From assembly GCF_001194135.2 (NCBI RefSeq), contig NC_068984.1, positions 126,082,085 to 126,146,084 of the forward strand: a stretch of DNA of 64,000 nucleotides. Direction: 5' to 3'. Within the stretch, counting starts at the first letter, position 1, and each line of letters starts with the position of its first letter. The position numbers and the translations under genes are program-made. Under the pieces are notes generated by a model, which saw only the letters and a list, made by a program, of their open reading frames with translations, searched no databases and was not told the origin of the DNA. The DNA is from Octopus bimaculoides. Lineage: Eukaryota. Below are positions 11,509 through 22,583 of this stretch, in pieces.

Positions 11509-11944
11509 GAGATATATAGAGAGGGAGCTACATTTGTGTGGTATTTAACTCTAAATAAGCCCAGATCAACTTGATCTATGATCAGAGGTGTTTCAATTTT
11601 GACCATCCTGTCTTTTAGTAGATCAGGAGCAAATTATCTTTCTTTATTTCAGACAGTAGAATGTGATTTGAAGCAAAATTGGACACTGCTTCTAACTAGT
11701 CACACAACCACAAAGTGGCTGCTCATTATCTCAAGAGTGAAATAATTGGCTAAGTCCTTTCTATTGAAAATTTCAACTATTATGGTATACTACCTACCCA
11801 AACCATTGAACCATGTGTATCAACCAATGAATAGTGGTAATGAAGAAGATGGGGTTTTGAATGCTCAATGCAAGATACTTACTTCTTCCTGGATGTATAC
11901 GTCATCATGGTCATCTTCATCGATATCTACAAAGTAATAAAACA

Positions 11945-11980
<36 letters not shown>

Positions 11981-12491
11981 GTTTTCTTTATTATTGGGGA
12001 CAGTACAATACAATGTGGTGTTACATAAAAGGCATGTGAAAAGTAAAAAAACTATAGAAAATATAAATTTTAACAGTGAATGATTCCCCAAAAGAGGGAG
12101 ACTCCCTAAGGTCGCTTGTGGAAACCTCACAAAACCAAGAAGGCCTGACCACTGGAGCAAGTGTCCTCTTTACATCGTCAACAGGTGCATGTAAAGAGTA
12201 GGCCCATTCACTATTCTTTGCCACATTCACCAGTTTTACAACAAAATTGCTGGGAGGCAGCACTTTTCCCTCTACCTTTACTTTCCTTTTCAAGTGGAAG
12301 TTCGAAAAGTTGATGAGGGTTTGGCTAAAGAAGAAAGTTTCTATCCTTCTGAAACATTGATATTTCACTAATGTGACACAGACATATTGTTATGAGACAA
12401 ACAATGTTGTAACATATTAACAAGATCATGGCATTAAGGGTATCATAACAGAAGTTATACTGGGATACACTTGGCCTGGGTATGACTTTAA

Positions 12492-12712
12492 CCCTTTAGC
12501 ATTTAAACCAGCCAGATCTGGCCCAAATATTCTATTTGTTTTATGTCTGAACAAGTCAGTTTTGTCCTCTCACACCTACCCTACAATGTCATTCTGAAAA
12601 TATTACAATCACATCATTGAAATTTCAAGGATGTAAGACGATACAGGATTAATTAAAAACAATGTGAATGAATAAGTATTACATTTGACAGAATAATCCG
12701 AATACTAAAGGG
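12492..12712. mobile_element. piggyBac-type MITE with TTAA TSD; further degenerate copy at about 57600-57830 (minus)
   Basis: TTAA|ccctttagcatt ... aatactaaaggg|TTAA. Confidence 0.75.
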
Positions 12713-13266
12713 TTAAACTACATCTGGAAGTAGGGCCCTGGTTTGGGAGTCTCGGGTTTTGAGGAGTGTGGAACTACCTCTTAGCCACTAGTGTTTCCAG
12801 GTCTGGAGAAGTAGCATTTGTCGAGGTCCCAGTTATGGATTAATTAGCATATTAGGGCTTCTTTGCTTGTCCATGAGAAGACCGGAACCAGCAGACTTTG
12901 CAGAAGAAGCCTTCATGGTTCAACAGGGGGAAGGTGGAAGGTTAGCTGTAGCAATGCATTGTGGAGTGCAGAGTGCAAGATGGGGCAAATAAGACCTGTT
13001 GGTCATCCACTACCTCTGTCTCCATTCCCTGTCGGCTTGACCTAGCCTTGCCATTGGACTGAAGTTGGTCATGGACAAGGCAGTGGTTCCCAAAGTGGGT
13101 GGTATTGCCTCCCTGGCGGTAGTGGAAAGTTCCAAGAAGGGTGTTGAAGAAAAGTAGGGCGATAATGGGATAGCGATTCATGTAAAAAGTGGGGTGATAA
13201 TGGGGTAGCGATTTATGTAAAAACAACAAAATAATGGGTTCATTAGGTTAAGTGTGCGAGCGAGTG

Positions 13267-13382
<116 letters not shown>

Positions 13383-14489
13383 GGTGGTGATGGTGGCGAC
13401 AGGGCAATGAGCTTGGCCTGCTCTCTGTATTTACTGATGTTCTACTTATTGTATTGGACGCAGAAAGATTTGAACTCATAACATTCGCAAATATAGGACA
13501 GTTACGTAACGTAAGAAGATAAGAGGCGGGGATGAGGAGTAATGAAGAGAGGGTAGTAGGAAGATAAGAAAGAGAGGGGGAGGAGGTAGAGTTGAAGAAG
13601 GAAAGACGAGCGTTACGAAGGAAGGGAGTAGAAAGGTGAGAGTGAGTTAGGAAGACGGGAAAGTGGGATTATGAGAAAGAGTTAGATAAGAGACAAAACG
13701 ATGGGGTTGATAAGATGATATAAGAGGGTCGATGAGTTGCGCAGCAGGGGCGTAGAAAGATGAGAAAGAAAGGGAGAGAGATAAGGGAAGAATAGAGAGA
13801 TAAGATAGAGGAAGGAGAGGAATATGGTAATGAAGGGATAGGAGAATTGAGGTATCGGGTAGGGACTGGTCGGCATGAAGATTGTTTACGACGTAATGTC
13901 ATTAATAGATGTAGCAGTGTATTATGTATTTGTATGCAGTGCGTGTGTACCTATATATAAGTATAATTATGTATGTCGCGTACAACAGCTGACTGCAAGA
14001 AACACCCGGCTTCAAATAACAAGCTAACTACATCACGGCACACGAGTTACATTAAAGTACACTAGAGTGCAACTAACTATATAGGTTTACCTCAACTTAC
14101 GTAGTTTCGAGTTAACGTTTTTTGTTGTTGTTTTTTTTCCCCGACTTAACGTCATTTTAAAGAAATAAACCTCAACTCCCTTGGATTTATGAGACTTCGC
14201 GTTGGTCATAGTTAACATATTTAGAAACAAAAATAAAAATTCCTAGAAGACCACCAACACTGAAGTGGAACGTCAAATGAAATACATGTAAAAATATGTA
14301 CAAACTATTTATTTAAAAAGTTTATAAGTTTTTTTTAATGCTTTTTCGTGTTACGTCATTTTTCGAGTAACATCGAAAGTCTTGGAACTAATTTCCGACA
14401 TAAATTGAGGTATACCTTTGCCGAGGTACAGCAGAGTGAACTATGATGCACTAGCGCTGATTGCATTCTTAATGCATTTACTAGAGCTG

Positions 14490-15095
14490 TCATTGTTATT
14501 TAACCTTAGATCAACCCTGGTCGAGATATTCCAGTCGTGACCATCCCATATTTATTTTCCAGTTAGTCTATTGAGAAAGAACTAAATTATTCACTGTATC
14601 TTTTCGTTTTTTTTTTAAGACGTTATACTGTGGCTTGAAGAAGATTTAGCTGCTATTTCTAGCAAGTTGATGACAGTGGTGGCAGTAGAGGTGTTTTTAT
14701 TATTCAATCTCATGTCAGCCTTGATCGAGCAGACTTATGATCACAAGTGTCCCAGCTATAACCGTCCAGTGTTTCCATATATCCCCAGTGTCTCTTCATT
14801 TTTAAGACGGGAGAGTGTATCTAAAGGATTTTGGCTGCTATTTCTAACAGGACAAGTGATCACATAGATGCTCCGTGATGCTGTTTATCCAGAGGTCGAC
14901 CCTAATCAAGCAAACCTATAATCAAAAGCATTCCAGTCGTGACAATCACGTCTTTTTCCTATGTGGGCCACCTGTCGCTGACGTCCGCCGTGCAGCGAAC
15001 CCAGAATTTTATTATCCAATGAGTTGTTATTCCAAGACGGTGTGATGTCAAATAAAGGAGATTTGGCTGCTATTTCTAGCATTTGAAGCAACAAT
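14490..15095 (+). repeat. Three consecutive pieces of dispersed repeat family E (gagcagac.tatgatc / ccag.cgtgac.atc / gatttggctgctatttctagc)
   Basis: The same blocks recur near 11540, 15445, 30365, 31000, 39545, 51190 and 61215. Confidence 0.6.
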
Positions 15096-15141
15096 GCAGC
15101 AACTCTCTCATCACGTCCTTGCTGTTACTGTCTTGTTGTTG

Positions 15142-15174
<33 letters not shown>

Positions 15175-15175
<1 letters not shown>

Positions 15176-15385
15176 GGCAGAGAGGGCGGCGAGCTGGCAG
15201 AATCGTTAGCACGCCGGGCGTCATGCTCAGCGGCATCTAGTCTGTCTTCACGTTCTGAGTTCAAATTCCACCGCGGTCGACTTTGATTTCAAGGTCGATA
15301 AAATAAGTACCAGTTGAACACTGGGTCGATGTAGTCGACTCATCCCCACCTCCCCCAAACTGCTCTTGTGGCAAAAATATTTGAA
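15175..15385 (+). mobile_element. SINE family A copy
   Basis: A-box-like head, B-box, core and (ATT)n tail. Confidence 0.8.
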
Positions 15386-15836
15386 ATTATTATTATTAGT
15401 AGTAGTAGTCGTAGTAGTAGTAGTAGTCGTAGTAGTAGTAGTAGTAGGCCCCAGATCAATCCTGATCCAGTTGACCTACGATCAAGTATGTTCCAGCCGT
15501 GCTTATTCTATTTTTCAATTGGACATAAATGTATCTCAGACTACAATATATAATATACCCTTCATTTATTATTATTATCATTATTTAAGATACTCAGGGT
15601 GGAATTTTGAAGAGGGCGTTTGGGGATTTGACTGTTCTTATTCAGCTACCAGATCAACACCTTCCAGCCAGGACACTTGACCTTTTTCAGTCATACATAT
15701 ATAAAGGACTACGATATTCTGCAAGCCATTCTCTTTTTTTCCTGTTTCTTACTTTTTTTTTTAAAGAGAATACAAGTGTGATATGAGGGAGAAACTATCC
15801 CGTCACCACCACCACAACCACCACCACCACCACAAT

Positions 15837-15868
<32 letters not shown>

Positions 15869-16190
15869 TCACAGTGGAGGTTAAAATAACTTAGACACCC
15901 TAATTGGCGAGGGGTTTGTAACTAAACTGCATCAGCAAAAAAAGGTGAATGTCTTGTTTATGTTTTCACGAACAAAAGTTACAACCATAAGAGTAATAAC
16001 AACAATAACAAGTTGAGAAATAACAACAACAAAAAAAACGGTGAAAGCGATAACTTATGGAACAGAAAAGTAGGACAAGTGTAAAATGTAGTAAACAACA
16101 TTCTCACACACTCACATATATACATACATATATGTATGTATACACCCACCCACATACGAGTGCACATACACTCACACATATATCTATATA

Positions 16191-16233
<43 letters not shown>

Positions 16234-16600
16234 CATACGCATTATACACATACATATATATGTATACAAACATATACATACACGCACGAGCGCGCATGCA
16301 CATATACATATATATAAACACCTATATATAAACACATCGATGAATGTAAGAATAGCTACAACAAATTTACTTTTTATCGTAATTGTTTCATCGAAGAGGG
16401 AGTCTTTGGATCCGCTAGTAAACACATTCTAGCCAATCGTGCAATTAGTTCTTCCACCAACACCAACACTACCACCCCGCAAGTGACATGGTTCCATTCC
16501 ATCTGTTTACCATAATTTTGGTAAACATGTTCCAAACCTAGCATATGACGTAAACGACCTCTTTAACCTATTGTTTTAATTGTTTTGCACCAGGCCGTAC

Positions 16601-16626
16601 CTGATCATCGAACATACATTGCCACT
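16601..16626 (-). CDS. Candidate microexon ((E)WQCMFDDQ) that would link the 19052 exon to the 4428 exon in frame
   Basis: Donor CAG|GTACGG in phase 0. A CAG (or AAG) acceptor gives phase 1, matching the upstream exon. The acceptor is weak and A-rich, and an upstream TAG competes. Confidence 0.33.
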
Positions 16627-16669
16627 CTGCTTTCTATTTAAAGACAGCATGATTTTTACATTTTTAACT

Positions 16670-16860
16670 TATTTTAGTCATTGGACTGTGACCATGCTGA
16701 TTTTCGGTCGAACAAATCAACTCTAGTATTTATTGTTACTATTATTATTAAGTCTGGTGTTATCAGACCCTTTTGCAGAACCGCTACATTACAGAACCGT
16801 AAACAAACGAACACCTGTTGTCAAGCGGCAGAGGCGGACAAACAGCACAGACACACGCGC
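16670..16860 (+). mobile_element. SINE family C copy
   Basis: tagtcattggactgtgaccatgctg...gcagaaccgctacattac...gttgtcaagcg. Confidence 0.6.
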
Positions 16861-16888
16861 GCGTATATATACATACATATATATATAT

Positions 16889-17605
16889 NNNNNNNNNNNN
16901 NNNNNNNNNNNNNNNNNNNNNNNNNNNNNNNNNNNNNNNNNNNNNNNNNNNNNNNNNNNNNNNNNNNNNNNNNNNNNNNNNNNNNNNNNNNNNNNNNNNN
17001 NNNNNNNNNNNNNNNNNNNNNNNNNNNNNNNNNNNNNNNNNNNNNNNNNNNNNNNNNNNNNNNNNNNNNNNNNNNNNNNNNNNNNNNNNNNNNNNNNNNN
17101 NNNNNNNNNNNNNNNNNNNNNNNNNNNNNNNNNNNNNNNNNNNNNNNNNNNNNNNNNNNNNNNNNNNNNNNNNNNNNNNNNNNNNNNNNNNNNNNNNNNN
17201 NNNNNNNNNNNNNNNNNNNNNNNNNNNNNNNNNNNNNNNNNNNNNNNNNNNNNNNNNNNNNNNNNNNNNNNNNNNNNNNNNNNNNNNNNNNNNNNNNNNN
17301 NNNNNNNNNNNNNNNNNNNNNNNNNNNNNNNNNNNNNNNNNNNNNNNNNNNNNNNNNNNNNNNNNNNNNNNNNNNNNNNNNNNNNNNNNNNNNNNNNNNN
17401 NNNNNNNNNNNNNNNNNNNNNNNNNNNNNNNNNNNNNNNNNNNNNNNNNNNNNNNNNNNNNNNNNNNNNNNNNNNNNNNNNNNNNNNNNNNNNNNNNNNN
17501 NNNNNNNNNNNNNNNNNNNNNNNNNNNNNNNNNNNNNNNNNNNNNNNNNNNNNNNNNNNNNNNNNNNNNNNNNNNNNNNNNNNNNNNNNNNNNNNNNNNN
17601 NNNNN
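16889..17605. other. Assembly gap (one of many); could hide exons of the minus-strand gene
   Basis: N run. Confidence 0.99.
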
Positions 17606-17779
17606 TTTTTTTTTTTTTTTTTTGTGTGTGTGTGGTGAAGTGGGGAGTCTTTTTTTATATTTTTTGTAATATTCCTTTTTTTCTCTTTTTACAAAAATTT
17701 CCATTTTTTTCTATTTTTATTCCCCCACTTACCTACCCTTTTCCTTTCTTCCAAAACTCATCCGTCGGCTAGACCATCC

Positions 17780-17965
17780 TCGTCACCATGCCCGTCGCTG
17801 AGGGGGTATACCGGACGGCACTGTCCCCTCACTATTCAATGGTACACCCTCAGATTTACAGTGATACACTTATTTCTTAACTCCACCTTAGCATTATTAC
17901 AAATTAATGCCCACCCAGAATATTCTGAGACACCCCTAGGCACCAAAGTCTGGCGACGGGCCTGT
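17780..17965. repeat. Unclassified dispersed repeat; second copy at about 30425-30600
   Basis: Shared gggtaYWccRgacggcactg..ccctcacta..caa.g.t.caccctcagattta and cccacccagaatatt.tga...c.cctagg.accaaa. Confidence 0.55.
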
Positions 17966-18063
17966 TTGTTACACAACGCAACGATACGGTGATTCTGTTT
18001 GAGAATTACATTACACATACAAGCGTCTTCAGAATAATCATCCGTTTACCATTATAAGTCACT

Positions 18064-18243
18064 CAGTACCGTCTTAAGGCATAGACACACTGGGCAGTTG
18101 CCCGGGAGTCTCACGGGTCTATAGGGAGTCCAATTTTGATCTATGATGTAACTTGGCTGTTAATAAATAAATACAATAGGGCTCAATGCATTAGTATGTC
18201 CACGGGTGGGGGTGGGGATTATGATACTGTTAAGACGGCTCTG
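18064..18243. mobile_element. hAT-type MITE
   Basis: TIRs cagtaccgtcttaa and ttaagacggctctg; 8-bp flanks aagtcact and gattcact (6/8 match). Confidence 0.6.
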
Positions 18244-18445
18244 GATTCACTGAACAGGTAGTCCAGTTGATCGAATCAGTGAAATTATTCATTGTGAAAA
18301 TCGAAGAAAGTCTATTAACTTTATATATTTTACATGAATAATATAAACGAGGGTATGTTTGGGTTTATCTGTATCGATCAATGTGCATGTGTTGTTATAC
18401 AGATGTTGATAGAGAAGGTGACGTGTATGTGTGTGTGTGTGTGCG

Positions 18446-18489
<44 letters not shown>

Positions 18490-18541
18490 TGGCGATCTTT
18501 CGATACGAGTCCTAAATATCGGCTCGGCGAAACAAAAACCC

Positions 18542-18744
18542 GGTACTACTAAAGCAGAGTGGTCCCGAACGCGCAGTCGCGCGTCCGCGCCAGCTAGTCG
18601 TGAGTGGTCGATCCTACAAAAAGTGCGCGTGTGCAAATGAATACATGGGTTAGGTTAGAGTTAGGGATAGGGTTAGGGATAGGGTTAGAATCGACCACTC
18701 ACGACTAGCTAGCGCGTTCGGGACCACTCTGCTTTAGTAGTACC
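18542..18744. mobile_element. 203-bp fold-back MITE with internal TTAGGG-like repeats and a perfect 9-bp TSD (Merlin- or Mutator-like)
   Basis: Perfect 33-bp TIR GGTACTACTAAAGCAGAGTGGTCCCGAACGCGC (18542-18574 and 18712-18744). Second perfect 21-bp inverted repeat (18592-18612 and 18690-18710). TSD CAAAAACCC at 18533-18541 and 18745-18753. Confidence 0.85.
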
Positions 18745-19051
18745 CAAAAACCCTAACCCCTAAGTGTACGTATTCTTTTCCTTCGCCTAGATAGATAGAT
18801 AAATAGAGTGTAGTGTTCCGTTATCGGTGGGGTGGAATTCTAAACAAGCTAGTCCACCTCTTGTATTAACAGAGCATGAATTTTATAACAGCTCCCATTT
18901 AAATCCTATGTTTATTATTAAATGAATATTTATCTGTCGCAGGATGATGTACTTTTTTCCTTATCCCAACTTTTTCTAAGGTTACATAAATGTGTGTGTG
19001 CGTGTCAGTGTATGTATCTATGCATGTAAGTAAGAAAACAAAACAACTTAC

Positions 19052-19163
19052 CAAGTTGATGAAGGTTCCTATTTAAGATGTTAACGTTGTTGACATTGGT
19101 ATTATTCGCGTTGTTGGCATTATTAGCGTTTAAAGCGTTGGCGTTAAGTAACAAGTCTTTCAT
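19052..19163 (-). CDS. Candidate first coding exon, Asn-rich (MKDLLLNANALNANNANNANNTNVNNVNILNRNLHQL)
   Basis: First in-frame ATG after an upstream TAA; 37 codons + 1 nt; strong donor TTG|GTAAGT. An alternative acceptor tttttttttacAG lies at about 19192. Confidence 0.6.
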
Positions 19164-19340
19164 TGTAAACACTCGGTTCTTAGTTTCTTCTGTAAAAAAA
19201 AACCCACAGACACTGTAGAAAATACTTTCTAGTTCTGGAGGTTTGTTAGTTTAAGACAGTTGAAGATGGAAAGGTTGCGTAGTTGATTTGTTAGTTTCTT
19301 GTTTAAGTTTCTTAGTTCTGTGTAGTTCAAAAAGTTCTTT

Positions 19341-19448
19341 TGAACAGATGAAAGGCGCAGGTCGTATTTATATTGCAACCCCTGGTCCCTCCCTACTGGC
19401 TCCAAGAGCACATGGCAAATGCCTGATGGCAGCGAGCGATTTGATTGG
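19341..19448 (-). promoter_or_regulatory. Candidate Pol II core promoter: CCAAT (19448-19444) and TATAAATA (19372-19365)
   Basis: Canonical spacing of about -100 and -30 relative to a start near 19341-19349, directly upstream of the Asn-rich exon. Confidence 0.5.
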
Positions 19449-20117
19449 TTGTAAGCACGTACATACTCACACACGCACACGCACATACTCACACACATAT
19501 ATAACCTAGATAAACATTAGTGCAATTTTACGGAAGACTAACTAGGCAATAATCTCATATACACCTTACCTACTTATTTACATGTTTACCTATCTCTTTC
19601 ACTCACGCAAATAAACATTCTGCAGTTTATATATTTTTGGCTTCTCGATAATCATATCGTTTTTTTGTTGTTGTTTATGTATGTTTGTGAGTGTGTGTGT
19701 CTGCGTGTGTGAGTAATTGTTATAGCTATGTTTGTTTTCGTTATTATTGTTGTTACTTCTGTGTGTGCGTCTGCATTATGTATGTATGTATGTATGTATA
19801 CGTATATATATATATANNNNNNNNNNNNNNNNNNNNNNNNNNNNNNNNNNNNNNNNNNNNNNNNNNNNNNNNNNNNNNNNNNNNNNNNNNNNNNNNNNNN
19901 NNNNNNNNNNNNNNNNNNNNNNNNNNTATATACATATATATATATATACACATACATATATATATACATATATACATATATACATATATACATCTATGTA
20001 AATATATATATGTATATGTATATATGTATGTATACGTATATATATTATATATGATGTACATATATATGTATATATATTTATGTGTGTGTGTGTGTGTGTG
20101 ATTTATGGTTTTACAGA

Positions 20118-20152
<35 letters not shown>

Positions 20153-20344
20153 CATATACGTGTGTGTATGTATATACCTACACATATGTATATATGCATA
20201 TATATATATATACATACACACACACATATATATGTGTGTGTATATACATATTAATATATATATATACGTATACAGGTATACATACATATATGTATATAAA
20301 CATATATGTATATATACATATATGTATGTATATATATCATATGC

Positions 20345-20377
<33 letters not shown>

Positions 20378-20449
20378 CATGCATACATATGTATGCGTAT
20401 GTGCATGTATGTGCATGCATATATGCACATGTATATATATCTTTTGCAT

Positions 20450-20670
20450 CTTATTTTCTTACTTGTTTCAGGCATTTGACTGAGGCCAAGCTAGGACACC
20501 AACTTTAAGGGTTTTAAACGACAAACAAATCGACCCCAAGATATTTTTGCTTTAAAAAAAAACTGGTACTTATTTTATCGGTTATCATTTGCCGAACCGC
20601 TAAGATATGGGGACGTAAACAAACTCATACCGGTCGTCAAGCAGCAGGGTCAAAACACACACACACACAC
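20450..20670 (+). mobile_element. SINE family C copy
   Basis: cttgtttcaggcatttgactgaggccaagct...gccgaaccgctaagatatggggacgtaaac; (CA)n tail. Confidence 0.7.
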
Positions 20671-20756
20671 ATATACACGACGGTTTTCTCCAGTGTCTGT
20701 CAACCAAATCTACTCACAAGGCTTTGGTTAGCCCGGGGCTAACTGATACAGGCCAG

Positions 20757-20855
20757 ATTACTGATACAGGCCATCAATGGCACTGCCAAAATATGTAGAA
20801 CTTTACAAAAGTTTTTGCATATAAATAGATATATGCTCATGTCTAAACGTGCAAC
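20757..20855 (+). mobile_element. 3'-terminal stub of the RLE-type LINE seen at 21560 and 22160
   Basis: gattactgatacaggccatcaatggcactgccaaaatatgtagaactttacaaaag is nearly identical to 22480-22550. Confidence 0.65.
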
Positions 20856-21559
20856 TATGTGTATGAATATACACGCATAAAACCAAAGGTGCCACGCAGT
20901 GGGACTGAACCCGGAACTATGTAGTTGGGAAGCAAGTTTCTTATTATACGCACACACACGCACATATGTATATATATGCGCCTATGTGTATGTACATGAT
21001 ACATGCGCGCGCTCGTGCACACACAGTGCACAATGTCCGAGTTTTTATGTTTTATGTGTGTGTGTCTGTGTGTGTGTGTGCGTGCGTGCGTGCGCGCTGT
21101 GTGTGTTTGTGTGTTTGTGTGGGCTTTGTGTATTTGTTTACGTGTATACTTATATAAAAATAGAATTGTTGAGTGTTTTGCAACGGTTGTATTTTCCATT
21201 AATGCAACACACACGCAGCTTACACGTGCCCATACATACATACGTACATACATACATACATACATACATACATACATACATACATACATACATACATACA
21301 TACGTACATACATACGTCGATTGATCTGGACGTCCTGAGATGGTAGGAGGTCTCAAATGATTGCCCACACTGAACACAAATACTGCGAAAGGGGATGAAG
21401 CGAGCGAAAGAAAAACAAGAACTCGCCACCTAAAAAAAGCGCACTCAACGGAAGGAAAAACCAGTAGCACCAGCAGACAGCTCCTTCAAATGTTGTCAAT
21501 ATTTATATTCTACACGCAAGAATCCATACAATTATGCAAAAAAAAAATAGAATGTAGAA

Positions 21560-21830
21560 ATACCTACACTGAACTATTGAGAAATCTGTAGTTACTCTAT
21601 CTAGATTACAAGTTCAGGTTTATACCTGCAATTATTGGGGCCCTGGGATATGTACACACAGCCTAAATACCAATCTTGAGAAATTAGGCTTCTCAAAACC
21701 AGAAAGGAGAAAGCTAATTGGAAGATTACAGATCCAATCCATCACTGGAACTGTAAAAATCTGTAGAACTTTCCAGAAGTTTATCATTTAAATATATATG
21801 AGCATGTCTAGATATGCAACTATATGTATG
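21560..21830 (+). mobile_element. Restriction-like-endonuclease (R4/Dong/NeSL-type) LINE, C-terminal fragment
   Basis: Translates as TYTELLRNL*LLYLDYKFRFIPAIIGALGYV...LEKLGFSKPERRKL...SITGTVKICRTFQKFII*, followed by (CATA)n. Confidence 0.7.
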
Positions 21831-22159
21831 AGAATACATACATAAAGCAAAACATACAAATCTGCACACATGCATACATGCATACATACATGCATGCATA
21901 CATACATACATACATACATACATACATACCCTGTTGTTGATGTTGAAATTCCAAGGAGCCTCGGATCTAGGTTAGAAACCGGCTCTTTCTCTATTGACAA
22001 GAAATCTTGAAATAAAACTGAATGACATACATACACACATACATACATACATGTATGCATGCATGCATACATACATACATACATACATACATGTATGCAT
22101 GCACATACATACATACATGCATGCAATAACTCACAGAGACCACCACTCCTAATATGAAG

Positions 22160-22544
22160 TGTACCGGTAGAGTTTCCAGGTGAAAATCTCGATAAAATGC
22201 AAAAATAATATATCAGACATAGTGGTTTAGTACAGAGAAGAAAAATTACGTCTTGTAGTGGAAATCGGTGCTCCTGCGGATGTCAGCATTAAGCTGACGA
22301 TCGGTGAAAAAGAAAACATCTACGCTGAACTATTGAGAAATAATCAGCTACTCCACTCGGATTACGAGTTCAGAATTATGCTTGTAAATTTATTGGAGCA
22401 CTGGGATAAGAACAAACTGCCTCTGCCAGCAATCTTGAGCAATTAAGGTTTTCAAACCAGGAAGGAGAAAGCTGAATAGAAGATTACTGATACAGGCCAT
22501 CAATGGAACTGCCAAAATATGTAAAACTTTACAAAAGTTTTTGC

Positions 22545-22545
<1 letters not shown>
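22160..22545 (+). mobile_element. RLE-type LINE C-terminal fragment including the degenerate nuclease motif
   Basis: Translates as KCKNNISDIVV*YREEKLRLVVEIGAPADVSIKLTIGEKENIYAELLRN, resembling the RPDIVV...VVE..CP.D RLE motif. Confidence 0.7.
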
Positions 22546-22583
<38 letters not shown>

